A stretch of DNA of 64,000 nt, taken from assembly GCF_036321535.1 (NCBI RefSeq), contig NC_087436.1, positions 55,430,001-55,494,000 of the forward strand, written 5' to 3'. Each line of letters opens with the position of its first letter. The stretch's first letter is position 1. The position numbers and the translations under genes are program-made. This stretch comes from Camelus dromedarius. Taxonomy: Eukaryota. The notes beneath the pieces are model-generated. The model was not told the origin of the DNA and ran no database searches. It worked only from the letters and a program-made list of their open reading frames with translations. This document shows, piece by piece, positions 12,212 through 25,680 of the stretch.

Positions 12212-13554
12212 CAAGTATAATTATGAATAATCATTCTTCAGAGAAATACTGGAAACATAGTTCGAATTTCTATGAAAGCTCACTGATACTTTAATTATAG
12301 GGAAGATGTAATCAGTGTTATGATTTGGCTTTTGTATATATTAAATAACCGAAAACTGAAATAGAAAATGCAATTTCACGAAGAAGTCACTTTAGAAATG
12401 ATGTACTTGTGAATGGTTTAAGCTGCTTTAAAAATGACACACTAGGTGCCTCAATTGTGACTCCAGGCTCAGAGGAGGGAACAAAATGAGACTGGTTTTA
12501 TTACTTGTAATGAACAAGATTCAGAAAATGACTTTTGGAAAAGCGGATAAAATTATGTGAAAACTGGCAGAGCTAGCTTGATACCAGTTTTTCCTCATTT
12601 GCATTTTCCAGTGTACCTAATTTCTAACACACCAGCAAAAATTTAGGTGAAAGAAAGAGCTGCCTAAGTATTTACTGATACTGCAGTGTTGAGTAATAGA
12701 GACACAGTCTTATTTATACTAGTCAAGGATGCATTTATATTTAGGATAAACAGGAAGAATATTCTCAAAAATAAACTACATGAGGAATTTATGAGAGAAT
12801 TTTTCATTGAATACTAACAAAGGATTAAAAATTGACTTAATAACCAAAGTCTGTCGTATTAAATATGCATTATTTTATCTGCAAAGAAAATAAAAATAAG
12901 CAATTCCTTGTTCTTTAATTTGAATGTAAAAGAAAATTTTTTTCTAACATTGCTGCCTCATGCTATGACTTACTGTTTTTATTGTGAAGTCCAGTAATCA
13001 ATATTGACCATATCTGGATATTATAAACAGCTGCAAAACAATGACTATATAATGTAGAAAATCATTTCAGGAATTTTATCCTCCAAAATAATCTTGAGGA
13101 GAATACATTGTATTAACTGTATAAAACACTGCCTCAAGTTCTACCCCACTAGTTAAAATAAAGTCTACATGCTTTTTGAATGGCAGATAAATTTTTTAAA
13201 TTATATTGTTAGTATATAAACATTTTGGAGAAAGTTTCAGTTTACTCATTTGCTCTTTGAATTTTTCTCATAAAAAGAAAAGCAGGACTAGCAATTATTT
13301 TACTACATTTAAGCAATAGCTTCCTGCCATGGGGCTCATGGATATTCATTGGAGCCATATTCAGAGGAATGGGCCTTTAAAATAAAATAAGACTAAAAAT
13401 AATCTGAAGATGATAACATCATTTTTGCTCTACTAACATATTTGTCTCTGAAACCTCAAATGTCGTTATGTGACACCCATTGGTAAAATTGTTCAGTGGC
13501 ATCTTGTAACAAACAGGATTAAGCCACGTTTCAAATAATGCCTGATATCTATCT

Positions 13555-13722
13555 CAGTGGTTCTTAAACTTTAGTGCATGTCAAAATTCCCCGAGGGCTT
13601 GATGAAACACAGATTGCTAGCACCCACTCGGCAGAAGTGAGATGTGGCCTAAGAATTTGTTTTTAACAGTTGCTCAGGAAGCTGATTGGGCAGGTCCAGG
13701 GACCACACCTTAAGAATTGTTC
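13555..13722. mobile_element. MER5A-like hAT-Charlie non-autonomous DNA transposon
   Basis: CAGTGGTTCTTAAACTTTAGTGCATG...ACAGATTGCT...GGTCCAGGGACCACACCTTAAGAA. Confidence 0.85.
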
Positions 13723-13764
13723 TAGCTACTCGTAGTTACTTGTTAGCTGCATAGTGTTTCATGT

Positions 13765-14100
13765 CTCTCCTACCATTGCTTATGCCAGTCCCTCTGCCCA
13801 GAACAAATATAATGTTGTCTTCCACATGCCTAATTCTGAATTGTTAGTCAAAGCAGAACCTAGAAAAGTGTTTTGATTTTTTTTTTTTTTTTTTTTTTAC
13901 TTTTTGGTCCTTCAGGCTGAGTTAGAGGCCTCTCTTCTGAGCTTTCATAGAATCTCATGAGTGTCTCTGTTAATTCATACTGCGCAATGTACTGAAATCA
14001 CATTTTTTTGGTAACTTTTCCATCAGATTGTGAGTTTATCAAGGGCAAGGACCATGAATAGTTAATACTTGCATTCCCAAAGCTACCATGATATGGAGCA
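13765..14100 (+). mobile_element. L2 3' fragment with embedded poly(T)
   Basis: CATCAGATTGTGAGTTTATCAAGGGCAAGGACCATG is the L2 3'-end motif. Confidence 0.65.
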
Positions 14101-15530
14101 CCCCCCCCAAAAAATCCACTGATTTATAGTTGTTTTTTTGGTGTTTCTATATACAAAATTTCAAAATGACCAACAACTATACAAATAATAAGACAGAATT
14201 GAGAGGAAGAATATCCCAGGAATAATCAATACGAAGAGGATGGTAGAGATAGAATGCCAAATGTAAGCTCAGGTCGTCTGGCAGGTGCTGCCTAGGGGAA
14301 GAGTGGTTTAAAAAGAGGTTAGTGATCCACTGAAATTAGCTGAAGAAGACTATTTTGTTTAGGACTTGATTTGTAGGTTTGGCTGTCAAGATCAAGTTCT
14401 GAAATACATCTTCTTTCTTTGAAAATGTATTTCCATACACAGTGTAATAAATTTTTAAATAATTTTCAAATAATTTTAAGTGCAAAATAATTCTTACTCT
14501 TCATCCCATTCAAAGGTTTGGATATTTGCTGTATTTTAATAATCTTGAAATTGTATTTGAAACAGACAAAAGATTCTTTTTTTTCCCTAGACTGATATTA
14601 CTTGTCTCATACCTAGATTATTGTTAAGTGTGCCCAGACTTCAGAAATGCTCAAATTAACGTGATTTCATTTCTATAATAATGGAAAGATCATAATCCTA
14701 CTTTATTTACATTTTAAACTGCAGTTTTATCGTTCCATATTGGAGCGGTTGGGGAGAGGTTGCAGGAAATTCTGTAGGTAATTCTGCACAACATTGACTT
14801 CTGTAAGAGAAGAATACATCATGGAAGGCCACAGAAATGGGAAAAGGGTCAGGAAAATAAAAAGCTAGGGACTTATTAAGATTGGTCTTGTTCAATTTAT
14901 GAGACATATAGGTAGCTACAGCTGAACAAATAGAAGGTAAGAAAATAATACTTCAGTTAAGTAGCCTTGAAGTTTCAGATTCAAAAATAGCACCCAATCT
15001 TCCTGGGGAATTTGATTGCCAGACTGCACTTTTATCGGAGATAATTAGGGCTCACAGAAAGCAATGTGGTAATCAATATGCCTTTATGGGCCACACTTAC
15101 TCTATAATGATAGCTTGTGAAACCCTAGGGCAAAATAATGGTCCTCAGCTCTGATGCAGTTCCTGAGCCCTTTAGCATCTCACTGCAGCCTTCTCTGCAT
15201 TTATTTCTAGCGGCTGTCGACAGGCTGTGCGTGTGCTTGAGCCATATCACCCAGGGCGTCTGCTGCCCATAGACTCAGGACAGTAGTCAGAGGGACAGCT
15301 GCAGAAATGTGGCCGTGAAGAATCAATGCACACTGGACCTCTGTTCCTCCCGTCAGACCTTTAAAAATATACCCCTGGATCCTGAAGCCAAAGGTATTAA
15401 TGCACGTTGATAAGGACGGTTCTTAGTTATACCCCATCTCCAGTCACAGGTCCTAAAGAAAAAAACTGTTGCTTTCAAATACCTTTTTCAAGCTGAGAAA
15501 TCAAGTGGTGAGGACTAGGCAGTGGGAATG

Positions 15531-15574
15531 TATGTGTATGTGTGTGTTGAGGGTGTGTGTGTGTGTGTGTGTGT
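15531..15574. repeat. Interrupted (TG)n microsatellite
   Basis: Visible TG runs. Confidence 0.85.
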
Positions 15575-16884
15575 TGAAGGGGTTGGTTTTGGAAAATTGG
15601 GAAGAGTACACAAAGAAGGGATGGAAAACATTATGGCAGGAAAAAACAAGGTTGTTTGGCTTTATATGCCTTCAGATAGGAGGGTTCTTTGTGCTGCCCA
15701 TCATTAAAATAGTACCATATTAATAATTTGAAAAGATCACAACTTTATATTTTTTAGCAATTCAGTTCTACTTTTACTACAGAAATCTATTTTAATCAGT
15801 TGCTCACATATTACTTTAATATTTCACCCTATGATTTGAAACTAATTTCAATTCATTCAACCAGAATGAATCAAAGGAAAAGAAAAAAAAAGTGTTTAAA
15901 AGATTAAATTAATGTAACTGAAAAAGGACATTAGGATTGAAAATATCAGAGTAGATTGGAATATTTTAAATTTGTCATATTGAGACGTCTTTTTAGTCAT
16001 ATACATAATTATATACACGCACACATATATATGTACATACATATATGTGTGTATGCATGGTATCCTGGCTACTCTTAGAATTTGTCCCTATTTTTTTGAG
16101 CAGCAGGCTATTAGAGGGACTGTTTTCAAAATACAGTGTTTTATTTCTTTGATAATGGAAACGTAATTTTTAATCAAACTGCATAATATTCCTTTCAAGA
16201 GCTATAGGACAAGGGGTAAAAGACAGGTGGAAAAAGAATATATGTCAAAAAATAGTGAGAACATGGTCACATAAAACTCAGAAAAAAATGTTTTCCTTGA
16301 GTCTTAATTACAGAAAGTTCCCAGTTTTAATATTCAGTTCAACCTTTGAGAGGATGTCTGTCTTATTCCACATTTATAAATGCTGAATTTGTTGCGATGC
16401 CTTTGCTAGTAACAGGCAGATAGACTGATGACATCCTTGCTACTGACTTCCATTCAGGAACTGGTCCAAGAAATCCACTCTACCCTTAATGACAAAAAGT
16501 CAGGGTCAAACTTTAAAAGCAAAAGCCATGTCTCCATATTCTTTTCCTTTATTTCTTCCCTTTAGGTCAGAAAAATCTGACTGCCTTCTATCACCATTTA
16601 TTGCTTCTTCAAGCCAAAATTGTCTTTTCTATTGATTGACATGAAATGATGATACAAGATAAATGGTCTATTTTGGTTTTCTGTCATATTTTTCCTTTTT
16701 GTTCTATACTCACTCATCTCCCCTCTCCCACCCCAGCTTTTACTCATCTCATCTTTCTGCCATAATTATCTAATGCCTCAATTTAGTTACTGCTTTTCAT
16801 ACTGTGCTCAAAAGCTGATATGGCTCATTTTGAAAAAGCAGCAATTATTGTGCAGAACACAGTTGCATAGCCTGGAACAATTTC

Positions 16885-19140
16885 AGTAAAATCAAATCAA
16901 ATAAAAATATGTATGAGCCCGCATAGGAAAGCCACTATGGTGGGTGCATTTGAGGATACAAAGAAACATCAGCAGTTCCTGCTCTTAAAATGCTTAAGAT
17001 CTATCCACTTGGAAATGCAAGACATTAGTACAAAACCTAACTATAGTAATAGATTTAAATGAGAGTGAAGGCACCATTAGGAGAGGAAGTAACCAGAAGT
17101 AAGTGATTAATTGCTGAAAATGAGGCGAGCGCATTAGGCATTCAGAAGACAGAAACGTCACTTTATATTGGGATGCTGAGAGAAGAACTCAGGACTTTAG
17201 TGGTCTGAAATCACATAACAGATTTGGGTGAGTGGTGATGGTAAGCCACAGAGAGGGTGAAGGCTAACAAGGAAGTTAGCAGGAATATTGGAAGGCAATT
17301 CAAGCAAGACACATGGTAGGAGGAAACCTTCAGAGAGAGCAGATCAATTGGCAGTGTTTGTGGACAGTGAATATTCAGTCTGGTGAGAGACAAGATTTCC
17401 ATACCAATATATCAAGAAATGGAATTACCTTCTAGTCAATGGAAAGTCAATGATTCAGAGACATGGTATATGAGCAAGGAAGTAGCATGATCCCAGCAGT
17501 GTTCTCTGAAGATTAATAAAATATTACTATGCCTTGGACTATGTGAATGAGGAAGTTAGGGCAGATCAAGATAAGAGTCTCTCACGTGATTAACTTCAGG
17601 TTGAGATAGAAATCAGGAAATCAGTCCTTCCACACAGCAGCTGTCTCATGGCAGAAGAAATGGGATATCTGTGTGATATTAATCAAATGATGATGGTGTG
17701 CCATGCACTATTCTAGACCCCAGGATTGCAGCATAAAGCAATATAGACACAGCTTTTGCTTTTCTTGAACTTACGATCCAGAAGGGGAAAATACGATTAT
17801 TAACTAATCACACAAATAAACATGTAATTTAAAATAAGACAAATGATGTGAAGAAAATAAAAGACAGCCTTGACAATGTGTGTATGTGTGTGAGCATGAA
17901 TCATGAAAGCGATATGTAAGGAGAATTTCTCTGAGAAATGGACGTTTAGCTGAGATTTAAAAATCAGTAGGTATTAACTAGGTCAAAAGGACTGGAGAAG
18001 AGACTTTTAGGAAGAGGGGAGAAACATACATAATGTTAAATGGGAAATAACACTGATGTATTTGGATACAGAAAGAAGGCAGATTTGGCTAGAAAAATAA
18101 GAGCAGAAAAGTGGTATGAGATGATGCTAACAAGGTTGGTAGGCATTTACTACAGTAAGGCTTCAAAAGATTTTATCTTTAGTAGAAACTGTGAGTAAGT
18201 AAAGGATTTTTAAGAGCAAGCATTTTGAAAAGTTTAACATAACTAGTATTTGGGTAAGAGACTAAAAGCAGGCAAGTGTCCCTGCAGGAATATCAGTTAA
18301 GGAGAGATGATTCAGGGAAAATGGCAGTATGGGGCCGTTACAAACAAAGCAAGTGAATGGATAAACAATGTGATATAACAGGTGAATTGATAAACAATGT
18401 GATATAAATCATACTAAGCAATAAGAAGGAATCAACTATTTTTGCATGGTAAAAGAAGGAGAAGAGGGAGAGAAAAAGGGAGAAAAAGGGGTAGCAGCAG
18501 CTTCCTGCAGATGTCTAGGTGAGAGATGATGGTGTAGCTGGAAGTAAGTGGAGGCACTCAGCAGCTATTTAGGAAGAATATTCAACAGTAATTATTGGTT
18601 CATTAGATATGGGAGGTAAGGTAAAAAGAGATCACAGAGTGAATCCTAAGTTCTGACTTGCACAACAAAATTGGAAGAATGATTCATGAAGATAGGAAAT
18701 CATGGAATAAAAAGAGTAAGACTTTTGAAGGAAGAGTTGGGGAAGTTTATGATTTCAGTATGAATATGCCATATATAACGGTGCCTATGAAATGCCCAGT
18801 AGTTAAACAGGTATGTAAAGCATGGAGGATCTGTCCAGACAAAATACAAAATCAAAAATACTGTTATTTTTGAGAGTAGAAGGAGGCATAGGAGGTAGTG
18901 AAAGGAAAATAAAAATAGTACTGAACCTGGAAAAACTTTGGCATTTAATGTTGATGAAGTAAAGCATAAATCTACAAAGTATATTTAGAGAAAAAAAATG
19001 AGAGGAAAACCAGAACAATGTGAAGCTGCAATCCATGGAAATAGAAGGTGTGAAGACGGAAGGTTTAGTCATTAAAGGCAACTTTGGTTGAGAAGTCAGG
19101 TGAGAGAAGAAATGAAAAAGTTCCATGGATTTAGTCCGTA
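16885..19140 (-). mobile_element. Cluster of L2 fragments, with a small L1 piece at about 18345-18450
   Basis: L2 3'-end reverse motifs (GTGCCATGCACTATTCTAGACCCCAGGATTGCAGC, TGAGAAATGGACGTTTAGCTGAGA) and a purine-rich L2 ORF2 antisense body. Confidence 0.65.
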
Positions 19141-19159
19141 CAAATATTTTGTGACTCTG

Positions 19160-20440
19160 TATTTTTGTATTATTGCAATAAAACTGACAATTTAGTAGTA
19201 TAAAGTGTTATGCATTTTAGTACATCTATAAGTTCACAGAAGCATCTCAACAATGAAGATATAGAGCAATTTTATTACTCCGAGAAGTCCTTCATGCTAT
19301 CCTTTTATAATTACACCCTCTCCTCAAACACAAATCCCAGCACACACCAATCTTTTCTCCATTACTAGTTTTGTCTATGAGAGAACACCATACATAGAAT
19401 CCTATAGTGTGGAACCTTTTGAAACTTGCTCCTTTCACTCAACATGAGGCATTTTAGAGTAGTCCACATTTTTTTTTTTTTTCGTTCGTATCAACCGTTT
19501 GCTTCTTTTTATTACTGAGTAAGTATTCTACTGTATGACTTACCACAGTTAGTTTATCCACTCATCTATTAAGACAGTTGGTTTGTTCCCAGGTATTGTG
19601 ATTATAAAATGAGCTGCTACAAACATTCAAGTACAGGTCTTTGGGACAACAAAATATTCTATTTCTCTAGGTAATACCAGGAGTGGGATTACAGGGTAAT
19701 AAGTCAAGTATTTGCTTAATCACACAAGGAACTGCAAAACTTTTCTTGAGTGGCTGTACCATTTTGCCTTCCACCAATAACATACGCGAATCCAAGTTGC
19801 TCCATGTCCTTTCCTGCACTTTGTAGTATAAGCAATTTTTTTTTTAATTTACTCCTTCTTATATATGTATAGTGATTTGTTATCATGGATTTAATTTGTA
19901 TTTCTTTAATGATTATCAGTATGGAACATATTTTCATGACCTTATTTACCATCTATATATACTCTTTGGTGAAGTGTCTGCTTAATTATTTTACCTGTTT
20001 TAAATTGGAGTTTGTTTCCTCAGTGTTGAGTTTTGAGAATTCTTCATATATTAGGAATGCAATTCATTGTAATACATGTGATTTGCAAATATTTTCTTCC
20101 AGTTTTGTAGCTTGTCTTTTTATATTTGTAACCATATTTTTAACAAAGCTAATGCTTTAATTTTGATGTTTTAGCCTTTGTTTTCTTTTGTGAATTGTGA
20201 TTTTGGTGTCAATTTTAAGAACTCTGCCTAATTGCAGGTCACAAAGATTTCGTTACGTTTTCTTCTAAAGTTTTATATTTCATAATTTACATTTAATATG
20301 TAAATGTATTACATATTAATTTTGAGTTAATTTTCATGTAAGTTGTGAGGTTTAAATTGAGGTACATTTTTTCTTTTGTATATGGTCCTCCAAATGTAAT
20401 GCATAATATTGTTAAAAATATTATCCTTTTTCCATTAAAT
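19160..20440 (-). mobile_element. Old L1 (L1MB/MC-like) 3' portion
   Basis: Minus-strand ORF 19716-19952 (MKICSILIIIKEIQIK...AGKDMEQ) is an ORF2 C-terminal remnant. The 3' UTR lies toward 19160. Confidence 0.85.
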
Positions 20441-20744
20441 CGTGAAAATAAGTACCAGTGAGGTCACAAAATATTTATTACAGAATATCTTTGTCTCCTT
20501 TGTTCTTTTGTGCTTTTTTGCCTTAAAATAGCAGTATATATTATTATGTTTTGCAATATTCAGTTTTAGATTTAAATGAATTTTATAATTATTGGTAGTA
20601 TGTGTCAAAAGGCTTTTCCTTTGTTTCATTTTAAATAATTTTATTAAATATCAAAAACACATAAAATGATACTTAAAATATGGGTAATATATCAAGAATA
20701 AATGTAAAATGAGGCAAAACCTAGAAGCATTCCAAATTTTTCTT

Positions 20745-21175
20745 CCCCTTGGATAAACCAGTAGTGGTATATACATACATGGGAATACTATTTAGCAATT
20801 AAAAGGAACAACTTATTGATCTGTGCAAAAACATGGGTAATTCCCAAATATATTATGCTAACTGAAAGAAGTCAGAATCAAAAGGGTACATACTTTATGA
20901 CTCCATTTATAATTTATTCTATAAAAGGCAAAATGCTAGGGATGGATTATAGATCAGTAGGTGCCAAGGGTTAATGGTTGGAGGGGATTTGTCTCCAAAG
21001 GAAGTAGCACAAGGAACTTGGCAGGGGCAGGCAGGGCAGATGCAGGTGTTGAACGGTGCTGCATCTTGATTTTGTGATTGGTTGTGTAACTCTATGCATT
21101 TTTCAAAACAAAATAGAATCGTATACTAAAAAAAAGTAAATTTTACTATATGTAATTTTAAAATATATTTTAAGA
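20745..21175 (+). mobile_element. L1 3' UTR fragment (L1MC/ME-like)
   Basis: GGAATACTATTTAGCAATTAAAAGGAAC...TATTATGCTAACTGAAAGAAGTCAGA...GATCAGTAGGTGCCAAGGG. Confidence 0.85.
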
Positions 21176-21179
21176 TAAT

Positions 21180-21895
21180 AAATTAAGCACTTGTGTGCTT
21201 TCTTCCAAATTTCAATAATAGCATGCTTCTAGTGTACGGGAAGAACACTAGGGACTCTCCATATTCTAAGCAGTATCCTGACTCCTGAGATTATGATTTC
21301 CTTACTTTTTCTTAGTGTTTCTCCTCATGTGAGCATATTCCTAAACAATATAGTATTTGGATTTGTATGTCTTTGAACTTTATATGAATACAAGCACACA
21401 TTTTGTATTCTTTAACTTATTTTTTGTTAAGTAGTGTTTGTGAATTTAATCCAATTTGTAGTTCATTCATTTTTGTCAGGTTGTAGTTATAGTTCATTCA
21501 TTTTCACTACTGTATGGTACTCCATTCTAGATAATATTATACCACAATTTATTTATCTAGCTTCTTTTGTGTAGACAATGGTTTATTTAATTTTTTCTAA
21601 TTAAACTATGCTTCTGGAATAAATATTTTATATGTACGCATATATAATATGTATAACCTGGTAAACACTTGCAAGTATTTCTCCAGGCTATGTGCTAAAG
21701 AGTTGAACCACAACTGAGTTACAGAGTATGTATATGCTCTACTGGACAACTTCTTCCAATTTTTTAAAGTAATTGTAAAATTATATATTCCTGTTAGCAG
21801 TGTATGGACTATGTAATTGTTCTTTCTGGATAGCACTTTGTCTTATAAGATTTAAACATTTTGCAAATACAGTGGTTATGATGGAATCTCACATC
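21180..21895 (-). mobile_element. L1ME-like 3' fragment
   Basis: TAGTTCATTCATTTTCACTACTGTATGGTACTCCATT...ATACCACAATTTATTTATC. Confidence 0.75.
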
Positions 21896-22689
21896 TGTCA
21901 AAGAAAATTGTCTAAAAAGATACACCTAACTATTGAAAATTCTCACTTTATACATTCTATAATTCTTTAGATCTAGAAATTTTTATCTAATGAACTTGTA
22001 CTGATTTTTTAAAAAACAACAAAAATAAAGACAAAAATATAGATGAAAGACAGTAATATAATTCAGCTGTTTTTAAAAGCTGGTTTATCACACAATTAGC
22101 AAATATTCTTTGTCTGAGAAATTGGGGAATGAATAGTATACAGCAAAATCTTGTCCTGGGGACAAAAGTAGATATACATATGTATTATTTTACACTTAAG
22201 CAGCATAGACAAAACAATGAATTTTTTTTATAATTGGCAGTCTTCCAAATATAGGGTTCCTCATAAATAACAATATGCAGTAGTGAAAAATGCCCAGGTA
22301 AATAACAAAATTCTCTGTCTTAGGACTTTATGATAATTTAATCCATTTGTGGAATAAGTTGCTGTCTACAATGATTCTAAGACATTTGGTCAGCCGTTGT
22401 TAGGGGTTCCCACCTGTGTTGCATTTTAATTTATCAATGTATGCTATGTCTGCCTTCCCCATGGGTGCTTCTGCGAGGACACTAGCTTGAAAATCATAGA
22501 GACTGAGTTCACATATTAGTTGCTTACATGTGGATGATTAGTCTTTGAGCTAAAACAACATTTTCTCTGAAATGCTACTTTTGTAAGAGGGAGAGGGATA
22601 CAGTACTTATAGTGACAAGTAGATGTTTTCTGTAGACTTTTAGCAAAAGGAACATGCACACATAAAGATGAGAAGTTATAAAGACTATC

Positions 22690-23030
22690 CTCAGCGCCTG
22701 TCTAATTATTGCAGTGACCTCTTAAAAGACATTTCTTCCCTCTCTTGCCTCCCACATATCTTCCATTGAGTATAATGAAGCCAGAGTGATTTTTCTAAAA
22801 CACAGTATTGTTTATGGATTAACCCAACTGAAAAACTTCTATAGTGGCCCTTATGGTTAAGTTTAAAATCCTTTAACATGCTTTCAAGGCCATTCATGAT
22901 AGACCTTTCTTCCTCTCTCCAGCTTTGTCTCTTATTACTACCTACTCACATTCTTCTTCCAGCCATCCTATTTTTCTTTTAGTTTCCCTATTTCTAAATC
23001 CTGTTCCTGAATGCCTTGTTTCCTCTACTT
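22690..23030 (+). mobile_element. L2 fragment
   Basis: GCCAGAGTGATTTTTCTAAAACACAG...AAAATCCTTTAACATGCTTTCAAGGCC. Confidence 0.7.
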
Positions 23031-23039
23031 TGCTTTGAA

Positions 23040-24189
23040 ACCATAGGTATGAGCTGGAGAGTGGCATCGATGCACTGGTGGTGGGTGTCACTGGGGTCTA
23101 GACCACTTCTGCGCAGTTTACTTTGGCCTTCAAACCTGACTCCAAATATATACACTTCCATTTTGTAATGTTTTCCTGCTGGGGCCACCAGACTTTACAA
23201 CTTTGTGGGTTGTCCACAAGGTAGCTCATGATGAGCAGTTTTATCAGAGTCACTATTGGTGTCCCATTGTCATATGCCTGGTCCCTAATAAGATCTAATA
23301 ACTAAGAGCTACTTTTGAAATAATAATCTCTGCTACACACAGAAAGGGCTTGTTCTGGACCCCTAAGGATCTGTACTATGAATCTCTCGTAGTGACTTGT
23401 CACAGGCTCAACACGAATGTTTTTCTACACAGATACTCAGATGCCATGGTATCTGCTGGGTCTGTGTCCCAAGTTGGATGGCTGCTTATACTACTTCCTG
23501 GAAAAGTTTAAGTAATGGATACGTTCAATTTGAAGGTAAGACTGCCCCCTGGCCATTTTGAACACCCTATGCCACTCAACCAAAAGCAAAAAAAAAAAAA
23601 AAAAAAAAAAGTCTTCCTATTTGGAATAAGTGTTCTCAATTATCATGAGGTAATTGTATTGCTGTTAAAAAACTGAGGCAAAGAAAACTGTGTTTGAAAC
23701 CTGGGAGAGTCTCTGATGGTGGGGGCTGTGCATTGTACCTCACTGACTGCTGAGGTTCTGAACGAGTGCAAGCAAAATACATTATGGGGAGCAGAAGAAG
23801 GAATCCCTAAATATTACAGCCTTGTGACCAGTTGCAGAAAGAAAGACTATGTTTGCATATATTTTCTCTGCTTGTTTTAGGTATATGTTTAATTATACAT
23901 ACAAACCATGTTATTTTTATCTCTCCATCTTCTTGTTTCTTTTTATTTTATATACAATTGTTAGGAGAATAACTTTAACATTTAGTGTTTAGATTATGAA
24001 ATTTTCAAAGATTCTGTGATGAAATATTATGGTTATATCTTATTGTTTGGGGGAATGGTGAAAACCTCACTTATGAGAAAGACAACTATATCTTGTTAGG
24101 TGGAACAACAGAATGGTGTTATTGTCCTACAGAAGTTTGAATGTGTATAGCAGAAGCATATGGAAATCAAGTAGCCAAAGAGATGAACT
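23040..24189 (+). mobile_element. Decayed ERVL/MaLR-type internal sequence (3' end)
   Basis: GACTGCCCCCTGGCCATTTTG...CAATTATCATGAGGTAATTGTATTGCTG...TGTGTTTGAAACCTGGGAGA resembles ERVL pol 3' sequence. It ends with the polypurine-tract-like GTAGCCAAAGAGATGAAC just before the LTR. Confidence 0.65.
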
Positions 24190-25076
24190 CTTCCAATTAT
24201 CAGTGTATTTCCTGTCAGCTCCTAATTCATCCTCAATAACCTGCACAGTGATAATGGAACTTGTGCTTGTGAGCATTGCTTTTTTTTTTTTTCGCTCTAA
24301 GTACAACTTTAAATTTTGATAGTAGGGGGCACCAGAGGAACATTACCAAGAGTTTTTGTTCCTGGTTATTGTATCTTTCCTTTTGCTTCTTTTTGTTCCT
24401 ATTGCATGGTTGGTAGTAGCATGGGAGAGGGACATCCAGTGATGGTCAGTCCCAGCTTTGCACCCAGAGTGTGCAGTCTCACAGCAAGCTTGAGTCCTCA
24501 ACCTCAGTAGATGTGTGGGCAACATACAGTGGCCCACTCAAGCAGGCAATATACAAGGTAGACCTTGTGCTGTCCAGCCACAGAGAAGGCTGAGAAAACC
24601 TTGAATAAATTTGTACCTCAGTGTGCCAATTTCAGTCCACTTGCACCCTGGAAAGGTGTTTTCTGCTTGCCAGTCGCAGCTGCTGCTTCCTGTATATCTG
24701 TTCTCTTCATATCTCTGCCAGTCTCAGCCGATTCGTACTCTGGAGAGGTGTTTCTGACTTGCCACCTTTAGCCCACATATCATAAAAGATATTTCATGCT
24801 TGCCCAGTGACTGTGGGCAAGCCCAGCAAAATTCTCCACCATCCAGTATGCTACAACCACACTTTCTCCAGTGAGATCTGAATCCCAGCCTTGGGATGGG
24901 AGCTTCCTTCCAAATTTGTTCCTTCCTTGGCTGTGTGCCTTTCAGCCTTAAGACATTCTTTAGAGTTCTTGTTACCCTTTATATTTGCTCACTAACCATA
25001 GTTAGTAATTCTTTATATTTCATCTCTCCCTGTTCAAATTGTGGTTTTTAATCTCCCAATATATCTCTACTATTAT
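24190..25076 (+). mobile_element. ERVL LTR (LTR41/LTR52/LTR33 group)
   Basis: Starts CCAATTATCAGTGTATTT...TCAGCTCCTAATTCATCC and ends ...CCCTGTTCAAATTGTGGTTT. It directly follows the internal segment. Confidence 0.65.
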
Positions 25077-25259
25077 AGGATCAACTGAATTTGAAAATTA
25101 TGGGTTGGCAGTGTTTTCAATACAATGATCTCTGGCAATATACAATACCCTGGGAAGACGAAAGAGTATGGTGGAAGGTCAAGGAGTTAATAGTGATAAA
25201 AGTGCTGGTGGAGAAAAAAATTAGGTCTGTTGAAATGCAGTGGAGTTTAGTCTTTAGCA

Positions 25260-25680
25260 TTTTCTTTCACAGGCAATATCCAGATCATCATTAGTTCCTC
25301 TCAGTTTCACATGCAACATGTATTTGCTTCTTTCCATCTCAGTCGCTACCACTTTAATTCATGCAGTTGTCATCTTTCATTTACAAGCCAATTACGCCTT
25401 CTAACTAATCACACCACTTCCCTCTTTCACTTCTCCAGACTGCTCTTTACATAGGAAATTAGTTTCCACAACATATTTTAAGCATTAAAAATGTTACTGA
25501 AATTTTTATTTACTTGTATTTTGTTTGTTTTATTGGTGTTGTAGTTTGGTTTTTAGTTTCTAAATCTATAAAACATTGAATCAATCTTGTTCATCATTAT
25601 ATCTTTAGCTCTAAGCAGAATATTGGCATATATAGTAGGAATTTAATACATATTTGCTGAATGAGTAAATGAATGGCAAG
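25260..25680 (+). mobile_element. L2 fragments including the 3' terminus
   Basis: Ends TGGCATATATAGTAGGAATTTAATACATATTTGCTGAATGAGTAAATGAATG, the L2 tail. Confidence 0.7.
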
